From contig CAVPXI010000004.1 of the NCBI GenBank assembly GCA_963709585.1, positions 192,001-256,000 of the forward strand: DNA of 64,000 bases, in the 5' to 3' direction. The notes under the pieces were generated by a model that was given only the letters and a program-made list of their open reading frames with translations, was not told the origin of the DNA and made no database searches. Within the stretch, counting starts at the first letter, position 1. Each line of letters begins with the position of its first letter. Position numbers and translations under genes: made by a program. Origin of the DNA: Candidatus Dormiibacterota bacterium. GTDB lineage: Bacteria > Chloroflexota > Dormibacteria > Aeolococcales > Aeolococcaceae. Shown in pieces: positions 1 to 10,750 of this stretch.

Positions 1-993
1 GATGGTCAAGGTGGCGCGCCGATCGGGATCGGCCACCAGGCCGTCGGGGTCGACGATAAGCAGGCGGTCGGCACCACGGACCAACTCCTGCACGCCACGA
101 GACGTGGGCGCGGCGCCGAACTGGATGACGAGGTCGGGATGATGCTGCTCCCGGAAGGCGGCGTCGGCGGCAAGCAGCGCGCCGGCTTGAAGCGCACCTG
201 CGCGGCCGTGTCCATGGGGCGATTCGCGAAGCCCCGAGTGGGGTTCGGCGTGGAGGGGCCAGCCACGCTCTGCGCACAGGTCGACGAGTCCCGCGGGCAC
301 AACCCGGAGCCGCCCCGCCACGACCGCGACCCGATGGCCGGTGTTCACCTCGCGCAGGAACGCGGGCATGCGGTCCACCGGACGATGCGTGGTCGTCAAT
401 GTCGTGTAGGTGATCGACGGCGCGTCGATGGCAGCGCCGCTCGGCAACAGCGGCTCGCGAAAAGGCAGATTCAGGTGCACCGGGCCCGGCGGAGGAAACC
501 GGACCGCGTGAGTGGTTGCCTCGACCCCGAACTGGGCCCAGCGATGCCGTTCGCGATCTCCCGCCACGGGAACGCCGGTGTCACAGAACCATTTGACGTA
601 GCTGCCAAAGAGATTCTGCTGGTCGATGGTCTGATTGGCGCCGACACCGTGTAACTCCGGAGGCCGGTCGGCGGTCATCACGATGATCGGCACGCGCCCC
701 ATGCATGCTTCGACGACGGCCGGGAAGTGGTTTGCGGCAGCGGTACCCGACGTGCAGAACATCGCCACAGGTTTCCCTGATCCGGCGGCGATGCCCAACC
801 CGAAGAACGCAGATGAGCGCTCGTCGACGTGCACATGCAGCGTGATTCCCGGGTGACGAGCAGCCGCCAGCGCGATCGGCGTCGATCGTGATCCCGGTGT
901 CATGCACATGTGCTCGACGCCTCCGCCCACGAGACCGTCGAGCAAAGCCGTCACGCACGCGAGCGCGATATCCCCTTCGCCGGGTTCCGTCAC
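1..993 (-). CDS. menD: SEPHCHC synthase MenD (3' end runs off the window)
   Basis: Manual translation from GTG 993, which overlaps the menC stop: MTPGSRSTPIALAA..HVDERSSAFFGLG..CTSGTAAAN..TADRPPEL..GANQTIDQ. Not in the ORF track because there is no stop in the window. Confidence 0.93.
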   Translation of the reverse strand, partial: MTEPGEGDIALACVTALLDGLVGGGVEHMCMTPGSRSTPIALAAARHPGITLHVHVDERSSAFFGLGIAAGSGKPVAMFCTSGTAAANHFPAVVEACMGRVPIIVMTADRPPELHGVGANQTIDQQNLFGSYVKWFCDTGVPVAGDRERHRWAQFGVEATTHAVRFPPPGPVHLNLPFREPLLPSGAAIDAPSITYTTLTTTHRPVDRMPAFLREVNTGHRVAVVAGRLRVVPAGLVDLCAERGWPLHAEPHSGLRESPHGHGRAGALQAGALLAADAAFREQHHPDLVIQFGAAPTSRGVQELVRGADRLLIVDPDGLVADPDRRATLTI

Positions 994-1847
994 GCGGTGA
1001 CCAGCAGGCGCATGTCCACCGATGGCCGCCGCGGGATGAGCCAGCCCAGGGTGGGGATGAGAGGATCGCTGACCACGTCCGACGCAAGCAGCAGGGCCGT
1101 GCCGGCGCCGTGGGCGAACGGCGCGTCCGGCAGTGACGCAGCGAGCGCGACCACCGCGGCGAGTCCGATGGACGTCTCCAGGGCACTTGACGCGATCGCG
1201 GGAACGCCGCTCTCCTCTGCGGCTCGGAGCGCCTGGCGCACTCCGCCGATGCGCTGAGGCTTGAGCACGATCACATCGGCGGCCTCGAGCTGGCGGAGGC
1301 GTCGCGCGTCAGCAGTCGCCCTGATGCACGACTCCGCGGCGACAGGCATGCCGGCACGGCCGCGCAACGTCGCGAGCTCTTCCAGCGACGCGACCGGGTC
1401 CTCGATCAACTCGATGTCGTAGGCGGCGAGTTGCGCCAGCTCGCGAACGGCGGTCTCGACATCCCATGCACCATTGGCGTCAAGGCGGATCTTGACGTGC
1501 GGGCCGCACGCTGATCGGACCGCTGCGACCCTGTCGAGCGATTGCTCGTCGCCGACCTTGACCTTGACGGTGGCGCACCCCGAGCTGAGCGCGAGTGCCG
1601 CGGCGGCGTCAGGCGCGAGCCGCGGGACCATCGCGTTGACGGCGACGCGATCGCGTGCCTCCGCTGGGAACGGCAGCGTCGCCGCCTCGAGCGCCGATCG
1701 CTCGGCCGCCGCGCGCTCGGCATCGCCCCAGCTTGGCAGTGGCGAGAATTCGCCCCATCCGGCAGGACCCTCGATGAGGTATCCGCTGCGCATGGTCACG
1801 CCCATGACCGGGTGGCGCAGCGCGACGCTGAAAGGCAGACGCTTCAC
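990..1847 (-). CDS. menC: o-succinylbenzoate synthase
   Basis: Enolase-superfamily motifs GWGEFSP, KVKVG, RLDANGAW, IEDP, AAES, SSALETSIG. GTG start overlaps the menA stop. Confidence 0.9.
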   Translation of the reverse strand: MKRLPFSVALRHPVMGVTMRSGYLIEGPAGWGEFSPLPSWGDAERAAAERSALEAATLPFPAEARDRVAVNAMVPRLAPDAAAALALSSGCATVKVKVGDEQSLDRVAAVRSACGPHVKIRLDANGAWDVETAVRELAQLAAYDIELIEDPVASLEELATLRGRAGMPVAAESCIRATADARRLRQLEAADVIVLKPQRIGGVRQALRAAEESGVPAIASSALETSIGLAAVVALAASLPDAPFAHGAGTALLLASDVVSDPLIPTLGWLIPRRPSVDMRLLVTA

Positions 1848-2742
1848 GACGCAAGCAGCGCGCCCGCGAGGACGGCGCCGAACACCAGTTGCAATCGCGT
1901 GATGCCGATGAGCGCGGGCACGAGCGCCCGACCTTCGGCGGTGCGCACGGTGCGCAGTGGCGCGAACGCGAGCGGAATCGTCAGCAGCGTGAGCGCGACG
2001 AGCCACGGCAGCGTGCGAACCAGCGCACCCGCCGAGGGCAGAAGCAGCGCGATCACCACGATCGCCACGAGGAGGTTGCGGCTTCGCGGCGCACCGAGGC
2101 GCACCGCGAGGGTTCGCTTGCCCACCGCGCTGTCGGTGGGAATGTCACGCAGGTTGTTCACCATCAGCAGCGCGCACGCCAGCAACCCGACCGGAATCGC
2201 GAGCCAGAAGACGCTCGCGTCGAGCCGGTCCTGCTGGACGAACGCGGTGCCAGCCGTGGCCACGAGACCGAAGAAGACGAACACCGAGATCTCGCCAAGC
2301 CCGCTCGCAGCGTATGGCTTCGGACCGCCCGAGTAGAGCGCCAGGGCGAGCACCGAGAGCGCGCCTGCGGCGATGAGCCAGGGTGTGGTGAGCAGGGCGA
2401 GGACGAGCCCGGCCACGGCGGCGATGCACACCGTTGCGATCGCCGCGGTCGCGACCGCGCGCGGTGGCGCGAGGCCCGACGCGACCAGGCGCCGCGGCCC
2501 GATCCGCGCCGCGGTGTCGACCCCGCGCACGCCGTCGAAGTAGTCGTTGGCGTAATTCACACCGATCTGCAGGGCGACGGCGACGACCAGGGCGAGCAGG
2601 GAGCGTGGAATCGAGACCGCGCTCCGGCCGGCCCAGCCGCACCGACGAGCACGGGAACGATTGCCGCGACCAGCGTTCGCGGTCGCGCACCGATCCACCA
2701 GACGGCGAGCGGACCCGGCCGGGGGGCCGCCTCCGCGATCAC
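1844..2742 (-). CDS. menA: 1,4-dihydroxy-2-naphthoate prenyltransferase (one frameshift near 2635)
   Basis: [11 protein letters not shown]-terminus in one frame; [22 protein letters not shown] and [10 protein letters not shown] in the next. Adding 1 nt gives about 299 aa. Confidence 0.88.
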
Positions 2743-3563
2743 GGCCGGTGGGGGAACTTCGCGAAGTCGGGTTTGCGCTTCTCGACGTACGCGTTGCGGC
2801 CTTCCTGCGCCTCCTCGCTCATATAGAAGAGCAGGGTTGCGTCGCCGGCGAGCTGCTGCACGCCGGCGAGACCGTCGCTGTCGGCGTTGAAGCCGGCCTT
2901 GAGCAGGCGCAGCGCGAGCGGGCTCATCTCGAGCATCCGGTTGCACACCGCGACCGTCTCCTCCTCGAGGCGCTCGAGCGGGACGACCCGGTTGACCAGC
3001 CCCCAACGCTCGGCGGTGGCAGCGTCGTACTGCTCGCACAGGAACCAGATCTCCTTGGCGCGCTTCAACCCGATGGTTCGGGCCAGGAGCCCGGCGCCGT
3101 AGCCGGCATCGAACGAGCCCACCTTGGGTCCGGTCTGACCGAAGCGCGCGTTGTCGGCGGCGATGGTCAGGTCGCACACCAGGTGGAGGACGTGGCCGCC
3201 ACCGATCGCGTAGCCCGCCACCATGGCGACGACCGGCTTGGGCAGGCGCCGGATCTGCACCTGCAGGTCGAGCACGTTGAGGCGTCCGATCCCGGCGGGA
3301 TCGCGATAGCCGTCATCGCCGCGGACGCGCTGGTCGCCGCCCGAGCAGAACGCCTGGGTGCCCTCGCCAGTCAGCACCACGACCCCGATCGTCGGATCGT
3401 CGCGGGCAATCTCGAAGGCGCGAGACAGCTCGAAGAGCGTGGTCGGCCGGAACGCGTTGCGAACCTCCGGCCGGTTGATGGTCAGCTTGGCGATGCCGCC
3501 GGCGGTCTCGTAGCGAAGGTCCTCCCAGTCGCCGGTCGCGACCCACTCCACGATGGCATGCAC
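2739..3563 (-). CDS. menB: 1,4-dihydroxy-2-naphthoyl-CoA synthase
   Basis: [50 protein letters not shown]. Confidence 0.97.
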   Translation of the reverse strand: MHAIVEWVATGDWEDLRYETAGGIAKLTINRPEVRNAFRPTTLFELSRAFEIARDDPTIGVVVLTGEGTQAFCSGGDQRVRGDDGYRDPAGIGRLNVLDLQVQIRRLPKPVVAMVAGYAIGGGHVLHLVCDLTIAADNARFGQTGPKVGSFDAGYGAGLLARTIGLKRAKEIWFLCEQYDAATAERWGLVNRVVPLERLEEETVAVCNRMLEMSPLALRLLKAGFNADSDGLAGVQQLAGDATLLFYMSEEAQEGRNAYVEKRKPDFAKFPHRP

Positions 3564-3640
3564 CTCACGTTGAACTCGAATCGATCGCTCTCGATGGTAG
3601 CCCGCCAGGGTCCGGGCGGGCGGCGGGGTACGCTCGGCGG

Positions 3641-4813
3641 ATGACCGCGTCCGAGCTACGCCGCGTGCTGCGTGTGGGCGACATTGCCGCCGTCACCCTG
3701 AAACCTGGCGCATCGTGGCTCCCGGTTCTCCGCCGCGCCCGCGAGGTGGGCGCGGCGATCCTGCCGATCGACATTCGCCTCTCGAAGCCCGAGCGCGCGG
3801 CGCTGGTCGTCATCGCGCAGCCGACCGTGATCGCCGACGAGGCAGGAATCCGTCGGGCGGACGGGGAGCCGATCGATCCCGAGATCGCCCTTGTCATCGC
3901 CACGTCTGGAACCTCGGGTCAGGCACGGCTGGCTGAACTCCCCGCGGTCGCGGTGGAGGCGGCGGTGGTGGCCTCGGCCACGGCCATCGACGCCCGCGCC
4001 GAGGACCGGTGGCTCTCCTGCCTGCCGCCGGCGCACATCGGCGGACTGCTCGTTCTCGAGCGCCATCTACTCCTCGGGGCGCCGATCACGTTCCGGCGCC
4101 GCCTCACACGCTCGGTCGTGGCTCGGCTCGGCGACGCGCGTTTCACGTCGCTGGTGCCCACGCAGCTCGCCCGCCTGCTCGACGTCGATGCCGACCTCGC
4201 CCGCTTCCGGGCGATCCTCGTCGGCGGATCGGGGGTGGATGCCGAGCTCACGACCAGGGCGGCGAAGGCCGGTCTGCGCGTGGTGCCGACCTACGGGATG
4301 ACCGAGACCTGCGGCGGGGTCGTGTACGCGGGCCGCCCGCTTGCCGGCGTGGAGGTGCGCGCCGCGGGCTGGGGCGAGCTGCTCGTGCGCGGGCCGACGC
4401 TCATGCGCGGCTACCGGCTCGATCCCGCCGCTTCGCTCGCCGCCTTCGAACCGGGTGGGTGGTTGCGCACAGGAGACGCCGGCGAGGTCGATACCGATGG
4501 GACGGTCCGCGTGCACGGGCGGATCGCGGACGTGATCGTCAGTGGCGGCGAGAAGATCTGGCCGGCGGAGGTCGAGGCGGCGCTGATGAGCCATCCGGAC
4601 GTTGCGGGTGCCCTGGTCTCGGCGAGCCCCGACCGCGAATGGGGCCAGCGGGTGGTGGTGCGCGTCGTCCCGCGACGCCGCTCGAACCCACCCACGCTCG
4701 ACTCGCTGCGCGATCACGCAGCGCAGACGGTTGCCCGGCACAAGCTGCCCCGCGAGTTGATCATCGTCGAGCGCCTCGACCGCACCGCACTGGGGAAGAT
4801 TCGCCGCCGTTGA
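3641..4813 (+). CDS. menE: o-succinylbenzoate-CoA ligase (AMP-binding)
   Basis: TSGTSG, SLVPTQL, TYGMTET, TGD, SGGEKI; divergent from menB. Confidence 0.88.
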   Translation: MTASELRRVLRVGDIAAVTLKPGASWLPVLRRAREVGAAILPIDIRLSKPERAALVVIAQPTVIADEAGIRRADGEPIDPEIALVIATSGTSGQARLAELPAVAVEAAVVASATAIDARAEDRWLSCLPPAHIGGLLVLERHLLLGAPITFRRRLTRSVVARLGDARFTSLVPTQLARLLDVDADLARFRAILVGGSGVDAELTTRAAKAGLRVVPTYGMTETCGGVVYAGRPLAGVEVRAAGWGELLVRGPTLMRGYRLDPAASLAAFEPGGWLRTGDAGEVDTDGTVRVHGRIADVIVSGGEKIWPAEVEAALMSHPDVAGALVSASPDREWGQRVVVRVVPRRRSNPPTLDSLRDHAAQTVARHKLPRELIIVERLDRTALGKIRRR

Positions 4814-4817
4814 CCGC

Positions 4818-5633
4818 TCAGGAGACGGCTGCGAGGTATCGCGGAGGGTCGGTGTCAGACCCCGCGTCGACCCGCTCGATGCCACCGTCACGGACCAGCT
4901 TGTCGAGATGCGCCTGGACGGTCCAGGCGGCGAGGGGATAGACCTCGACCGGGTACCCCGCATAGAGCGTGGGGACGAGGTCCATGGGCGTGAACGCTGG
5001 CCTTCCCTGGGCCGCGGCGAGCACCTGCGCCTCGCGCTCCAGGCGGTGAGCGATGTACTCGTCAATCAGCGCCCCCGCGTTGTCGACGCGCTCGCCATGC
5101 CCGGGCAGGATGGTCAGCGGTTGCAGCGCGCGCACTCGGCGCAGCGACTCCATGTAGTCGGACATGTCGCCTTCGCCGGGATGGACGACCGATGTGGTGC
5201 CGTTCAGGATGTGATCGCCGGTATAGAGCGTGCGCGTTGCGGGGTCGAGGAAGCAGAGATGGTCGCGCGTGTGCCCGGGCGTGTGCACGGCGATCAGCTC
5301 GAGGTCGCCACGGCGCATGACGTCGCCGTCGGAGAGTGCCTGCGCATGCTCGTTCCCCGCCGACGGGTCGAAGCAGTGCACGGTCGCTCCAGTCCGCTGC
5401 GCGAGCCGCAGCGCCAGCGGGCGATGGTCCGGGTGCGAGTGGGTGAGCACGATCGTCGTGATCCGGCCGGCACGGGCGCCCGCGGCGTCGAGGATGGCGG
5501 CGAGATGACCGTCGTCGTCGGGGCCGGGGTCGACGCACACCAGGGAGGTGCCGCCGGCGAGGTACGTATTCGTCCCACGACCCGTGAACACCGACGGGTT
5601 GGGTGCGAGCACGCGCGTCGGGGGGCTGGTCAC
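4818..5633 (-). CDS. MBL-fold metallo-hydrolase (LACTB2-like, C-terminal winged helix)
   Basis: APNPSVFTGRGTNTY, THSHPDH, TPGHT, GDH, PGHG; GTG overlaps the NUDIX stop. Confidence 0.85.
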   Translation of the reverse strand: MTSPPTRVLAPNPSVFTGRGTNTYLAGGTSLVCVDPGPDDDGHLAAILDAAGARAGRITTIVLTHSHPDHRPLALRLAQRTGATVHCFDPSAGNEHAQALSDGDVMRRGDLELIAVHTPGHTRDHLCFLDPATRTLYTGDHILNGTTSVVHPGEGDMSDYMESLRRVRALQPLTILPGHGERVDNAGALIDEYIAHRLEREAQVLAAAQGRPAFTPMDLVPTLYAGYPVEVYPLAAWTVQAHLDKLVRDGGIERVDAGSDTDPPRYLAAVS

Positions 5634-6313
5634 GACGATCCGCCCTGCTCGGGCTCGAGTGCCATCCAGCGGGCGATGATCTCCGGGGTGATCTCGGTCT
5701 CCTCGATCGGGTGCGCACCGAGCGTTCTCAGGATCGCGTCGACGGATCCGAGCCGGGCAAACTCGTGGCACATCACCCGGGTGGGCGGCATGATCGCTGG
5801 AAGCTCGAGGCCGAGCATCTGCTCCGGCCGGTGCCACCCGCCCTCGACGGCCTCCGCCGCGTGCACGCACACCTCCTGGCCGCCCGGTGCGGCGAGCGCG
5901 AAGAACCTCGTGTCGTAGCGACGCCCCTCGCGTGGCGGCGTGATGAGATGCCCGATGTAGACAAGACGCTCGGGCGCAATCACCAGGTCATGTTCGGTAA
6001 GGGTCTCGGCGAGGTCTCCACCCGCAAGCAGCTTCGAACGGGCCGCTCCGATACGTGCCGCGAGGTCGCCATCGCTAACGCCGTCAGCCCCACCGCCGAT
6101 GAGGATGCCGACCTCCTCGAGCACCTCGCGGACGCCGGCGACCGCGTACGCCGCCTCACCGCTGCCGTCCGCGGCGTCCAGCGCGCCACCGGGGAAGACG
6201 AATGCCCCCGCGGCGAAGCTGCTCCGGCCCGGACGGCGCAGCATGCAGACCTCGACGCCTCCGTCGACGTCGCGCAGCAGCGCAACCGTGCTGGCCGGGA
6301 TCGCGACACTCAC
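5630..6313 (-). CDS. NUDIX hydrolase
   Basis: FVFPGG...GVREVLEEVG Nudix box; ITPP...RRYDTRFF. Confidence 0.85.
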   Translation of the reverse strand: MSVAIPASTVALLRDVDGGVEVCMLRRPGRSSFAAGAFVFPGGALDAADGSGEAAYAVAGVREVLEEVGILIGGGADGVSDGDLAARIGAARSKLLAGGDLAETLTEHDLVIAPERLVYIGHLITPPREGRRYDTRFFALAAPGGQEVCVHAAEAVEGGWHRPEQMLGLELPAIMPPTRVMCHEFARLGSVDAILRTLGAHPIEETEITPEIIARWMALEPEQGGSS

Positions 6314-6379
6314 CTACGCATGGTATGAGTGCGGTGATCGAGCACGACTCGACCGCCGATCGCGTCACCATGCCCTCCG

Positions 6380-7150
6380 ATGTCATCCCACCTCGAGGTC
6401 GCGCTGGAGCTCGCCGACATCGCCGATGCGATCACGCTGGCGCGCTTCCGTGCGCCTGATCTGCGCGTCGACACCAAGGCCGACCGCACCCCGGTGACCG
6501 ACGCCGACCGCACCACCGAACAGGCGCTTCGTGGCGCGTTGCAGCGCCTGCGCCCGGGGCAGGAGATCGTCGGCGAGGAGTTCGGTGGCCACGCGCAGGG
6601 TGAGTGGCGCTGGATCCTCGACCCCATCGACGGGACGGTGAACTACGCCAACGGTGTCCCGGTCTGGGCATCGCTGATCGCGCTGATGCGCGGTGACCGC
6701 GCCGTCTGCGGCGTGGTCTCGGCGCCCGCGTTGGGCCGGCGATGGTGGGCGGCGACCGGCCAGGGTGCGTTCACCGGTTCGGGACAGCGCATCCACGTCT
6801 CGGGGACGCCGGTCCTCGAGGAGGCGTATGTGTCGTGCACCGACGTGCGTGACTTCGCGACCCGTCGTGGTGAGCGGGGGTTCCGCACCGTGCTCCAGCG
6901 GGCGCGGGTGGTGCGAGCCTTCGGCGATTTCTGGTCCCACATGCTGGTCGCCGAGGGGGTGATCGACGTCGCCGTCGAAGCCTGGGTCAACCCATGGGAT
7001 GTCGCCGCGACCCAGGCGATCGTGATTGAAGCCGGCGGCCGCTTCAGCGATTTCGACGGCGAGGTGCGCATCGACACCGGCACCGTGATCACCACCAACG
7101 GCCTGCTCCATGACGAACTGGTGAGCCTGATGGGAGATCGTTCCGAGTAG
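6380..7150 (+). CDS. hisN: Histidinol-phosphatase (inositol monophosphatase family)
   Basis: KADRTPVTDAD, GEEFG, WILDPIDGT, GVPVWASLI, PWDVAA. Confidence 0.8.
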   Translation: MSSHLEVALELADIADAITLARFRAPDLRVDTKADRTPVTDADRTTEQALRGALQRLRPGQEIVGEEFGGHAQGEWRWILDPIDGTVNYANGVPVWASLIALMRGDRAVCGVVSAPALGRRWWAATGQGAFTGSGQRIHVSGTPVLEEAYVSCTDVRDFATRRGERGFRTVLQRARVVRAFGDFWSHMLVAEGVIDVAVEAWVNPWDVAATQAIVIEAGGRFSDFDGEVRIDTGTVITTNGLLHDELVSLMGDRSE

Positions 7151-7155
7151 CTAAA

Positions 7156-7186
7156 CGAGACTGAGTTTCATGTAGACTTCGGTCTC
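7156..7186 (+). promoter_or_regulatory. Imperfect inverted repeat / possible Zur- or Fur-family operator before the metal ABC operon
   Basis: CGAGACTGAGTTTCA resembles TGAnAAT-ATTnTCA boxes; GAGACTGA...TCGGTCTC can pair right before ATG 7187. Confidence 0.35.
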
Positions 7187-8128
7187 ATGAAATTCTCCTA
7201 TCCTCGCCGCAGTTCAGACATGGCCCGGATGACAGCGGCCGGGCTCGGACTGATCGTCCTGGTCAGCGCGTGCGGCGCGACCTCCAGCCAGGCGGCGCCG
7301 GGCACCATTGCAGTCGTGGCCGCCGAGAACGAGTACGGCAACGTCGCTGCCCAGATCGGCGGGAAGGACGTGTCCGTGACGTCCGTTGAGAGCAACCCGA
7401 ACACCGATCCGCACACTTATGAGGTCAGCCCGAGCGTGGCCCAGGAGGTCGGGGCCGCCGAGCTGGTCATCCAGAACGGCGTCGGCTACGACAACTACAT
7501 GACCAAGATCCTGTCGGCGTCACCAGGCCAAACTCGCAAGGTCATCAACGTGCAGCATCTCCTCGGGCTTCCTGACAGCACGCCAAACCCGCATCTGTGG
7601 TATGACCCGACAACCATGCCGAAGGTGGCCAACGCGCTGGCTGCCGACTACGCGGCACTGAAGCCGGCCGATGCCTCGTATTTCACGACGAACGCAAGCC
7701 GGTTCATCGTCTCGCTCAACCCCTGGCTGCAGGCTCTCGCGAGCTTCAAGTCGCAGTACGCCGGGACGCCGGTGGCCACCACGGAACCGGTCGCGGACTA
7801 CATGCTTCAGGCGGCGGGCGCCGACAACCTGACACCCTTCAAGTTTCAGGCGGACATCATGAACGGGGTCGATCCCGCACCCCAGGATGTGTCGCTCGAG
7901 ACGGGTCTGTTCACTCAGCACAGGGTCAAGGTGCTCGTGTACAACCAGCAGGTCACCGACACGCTGACGCAGACCTTCATCAGCGCCGCACAGTCCGCGA
8001 AGATCCCGGTCATCGGCGTGTACGAGACGATGCCGACGCCCGGCTACAACTACCAGTCGTGGATGCTCTCGGAGGTCGCTGCGCTGCAGAAGGCCGTCGC
8101 CGACGGTATCTCCACGCAACACTTGTAG
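7187..8128 (+). CDS. Zn/Mn ABC transporter substrate-binding lipoprotein (ZnuA-like)
   Basis: Lipobox VSAC; DPHTYE, NGVGYD, NPHLWY. Confidence 0.9.
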   Translation: MKFSYPRRSSDMARMTAAGLGLIVLVSACGATSSQAAPGTIAVVAAENEYGNVAAQIGGKDVSVTSVESNPNTDPHTYEVSPSVAQEVGAAELVIQNGVGYDNYMTKILSASPGQTRKVINVQHLLGLPDSTPNPHLWYDPTTMPKVANALAADYAALKPADASYFTTNASRFIVSLNPWLQALASFKSQYAGTPVATTEPVADYMLQAAGADNLTPFKFQADIMNGVDPAPQDVSLETGLFTQHRVKVLVYNQQVTDTLTQTFISAAQSAKIPVIGVYETMPTPGYNYQSWMLSEVAALQKAVADGISTQHL

Positions 8129-8130
8129 AC

Positions 8131-8960
8131 GTGCAGGGACGCGCCGCCACCGGCTCGGACGAGATCCTCGCCGTCGACGCCATCAGCGTCACCCTGTCCG
8201 GGCGCGAGATCCTCCACGACGTCACCTTCCACATCAATGCGGGTGAGTTCACCGGGCTGATCGGCTCGAACGGTGCCGGCAAGACAACGCTGCTCCGCGT
8301 CATCCTCGGGCTCATCAGCCCAGCGCCGGCACGGTGCGCGTTGATGGTGGAGGGCAGCGTCAACCGCTCATCGGCTACGTGCCTCAGCGGATCACGCTCG
8401 ACCCGGACATGCCGTTGCGCGCGCGCGACCTGGTCGGGCTCGGCATCGACGGTCAGCGGTTCGGACTGCCGCTGCCGTCGTCCACACGACGCAAGCAGGT
8501 CGACGACATGCTCGAGGCCGTCGACGCAACGCGCTTCGCCAACTCGCGGGTCGGCAACCTGTCCGGTGGCGAGCAGCAGCGGATCCTCATCGCCCATGCG
8601 CTGATCAGCCGTCCGCGCCTGCTGCTCCTCGACGAACCGCTCGCGAACCTGGACCTCGGCAGCGAGCAGGAGGTGGTGGACCTGCTGGCGCGAATCGCGA
8701 GGGAGCAGCGGATCGCCGTGCTTATCTCTACGCACGACATGAACCCATTGCTTCCCGTGATGGACCGCATCGTCTATATCGCGAACGGACGGATTGCGAC
8801 CGGGACGACCGCTGAGGTTGTCTCGAGCGAGTCGCTCACCAAGCTCTACGGAGTCCACGTCGACGTCATCCACGTCCACGATCGCATTCTCGTGGTGGCG
8901 GGACGCCGCGAGGAGGCGCTTCAGCACGGGGACACCGAGTCGATCGTCGAGCTGGTGTAG
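8131..8960 (+). CDS. Metal ABC transporter ATPase (frameshift near 8320)
   Basis: GSNGAGKTT in one frame; GYVPQ, LSGGEQQR and LLLDEP in the next. Adding 1 nt in a C-run restores about 276 aa. Confidence 0.88.
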
Positions 8961-8962
8961 CG

Positions 8963-9862
8963 GTGCCCGGATTCCTTTCACCGATCATCGAGCCAGGCTT
9001 CTTCTCCAACCTGCCGGTGCAGACCGCTCTTGTGGTGGGTGGAGTGGTCGCTGTCGTATCCGGCATCGTCGGCACCTTCACGGTCATGCGTGGCCAGTCA
9101 TTCGCCGGTCACTCGCTGGCCGACATCGGCACCGCGGGTGGGTCGGCGGCGTTCGTGCTCGGGATCAGCCCACTGTTCGGGTACGTCGCGATGAACCTGA
9201 TGGCTGCGGGGGTGATGGAGTGGATCGGGATCCGGCGGCCGCGGGGACGTGACCTTGCGACTGGAATCGTGCTCGGCGCGGCGCTCGGGCTCGCCGCGCT
9301 GTTCCTCTACCTGGACACGACGGGGTCGAGCACCACCGGGGCGACGGTCAACGTTCTGTTCGGGTCGATCTTCACCCTGCCCGCATCCATGGTCCCGGTC
9401 ATCGCGATCTTCAGCGTCGTCGCCGCCGGCATCGTGCTCGCGATGTACCGCCCGCTGATCCTGAGCTCAATCAGCTCCGATCTCGCCACGGCTCAGGGCG
9501 TTCGGGTTCGCCTGGTCGGTATCGGCTATCTCATCGCGCTCGCGTTGGCGGTGTCGCTTTCCGCGGTCACCATCGGCGCCATCCTGTCGACCGCCCTGCT
9601 GATCGGACCCGCGGCAACCGCGCTGCGCATCACCAACCGGACGGGTCGCGCCGCGGTGATCGCGGCCGGCATCGGGGTCATCGCGACCTGGCTCGGCGTG
9701 CTCCTCGCTTACGACAGCTACTACTGGTTCCCAAGCGGGGGTGGCTGGCCGGTGAGCTTTTTCGTCGTCACCCTGATCTTCCTCGGGTATCTCGTTTCGC
9801 AGCTTCGGTTTCGCGGACGCTCCGTTGCAGTACGCCGCTCGACCGCCGCGCAGGCAGGCTGA
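8963..9862 (+). CDS. Metal ABC transporter permease (ZnuB family)
   Basis: Multi-TM; SFAGHSLADI, LFGSIF. Confidence 0.88.
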   Translation: MPGFLSPIIEPGFFSNLPVQTALVVGGVVAVVSGIVGTFTVMRGQSFAGHSLADIGTAGGSAAFVLGISPLFGYVAMNLMAAGVMEWIGIRRPRGRDLATGIVLGAALGLAALFLYLDTTGSSTTGATVNVLFGSIFTLPASMVPVIAIFSVVAAGIVLAMYRPLILSSISSDLATAQGVRVRLVGIGYLIALALAVSLSAVTIGAILSTALLIGPAATALRITNRTGRAAVIAAGIGVIATWLGVLLAYDSYYWFPSGGGWPVSFFVVTLIFLGYLVSQLRFRGRSVAVRRSTAAQAG

Positions 9863-10710
9863 TGTTCTCGGACCTGATGCTCAACGCCTGGGGGTCGGCG
9901 TCGATCGTCGCCATCGTCGCGGGCGTGGTCGGGTTCTTCATCGTCCTGCGCGGGTCCGCGTTTGCGGCGCACGCGCTACCCAACGGAGCGTTTGCCGGCG
10001 CGGCAGGGGCGAGCCTCATCGGCGTCGATGCGATCGTCGGGCTCGCGGTGTTCTCCGTGCTCGGGGCGCTGACCATCGCCGGCCTCGGGCGGCGGGCTCG
10101 CCACGACGTCGCCACCGCACTTGTCATCGTGTTGATGCTCGGCCTGGGATCGCTCTTCCTGTCGATGACCACCGAGTACGCGCCGGTGATCTTCTCGCTG
10201 CTCTTCGGCGAGGTGCTGGGTGTGAGCAGCAGCGAACTCATTCCCATCGCAGTGATCGGTGTGATCTGCATCGCCGCGATGTTTCTGGTGTATCGACCCC
10301 TGATGTTGTCCTCGGTGATGCCCGATGTTGCAGAGGCACGCGGCGTCGGCAGCGGTCGCATGGAGGTCATATTCCTTCTCGTCGTCGCGCTGACGACCAC
10401 GATGGCGGTCCCGGTCGTCGGCGCGCTGCTCATCTTCAGCCTGCTCATCAGTCCAGCTGCCGCCGCCCGGTCGTTCACGAACAAGCCGTTGACGGCCATC
10501 AGCCTGTCGGTGCTGATCGCGCTGGGCACGGTGTGGTCGGCCATCGCGCTGGCGTATCTGTCCAACCTTCCGATCGGGTTCTTCGTCGGCTCCATCGGTG
10601 CGGGGACGTACGCCGCGGGCAGGGTGTGGGCAGCGTCGCGGCGAAACCGGCATTCGTCACCGCGCGTGGGATCCACAGGACGCCGGACCGTCGGCGCCGA
10701 GAGTGGATAG
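9862..10710 (+). CDS. Metal ABC transporter permease (second subunit)
   Basis: Multi-TM; FAAHAL, LLFGEVLGVS, VGALLIFSLL. Confidence 0.88.
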   Translation: MFSDLMLNAWGSASIVAIVAGVVGFFIVLRGSAFAAHALPNGAFAGAAGASLIGVDAIVGLAVFSVLGALTIAGLGRRARHDVATALVIVLMLGLGSLFLSMTTEYAPVIFSLLFGEVLGVSSSELIPIAVIGVICIAAMFLVYRPLMLSSVMPDVAEARGVGSGRMEVIFLLVVALTTTMAVPVVGALLIFSLLISPAAAARSFTNKPLTAISLSVLIALGTVWSAIALAYLSNLPIGFFVGSIGAGTYAAGRVWAASRRNRHSSPRVGSTGRRTVGAESG

Positions 10711-10750
10711 CCCCGGACCGTCGATCAGGCGTCGCGGGTAAGATCTGCCC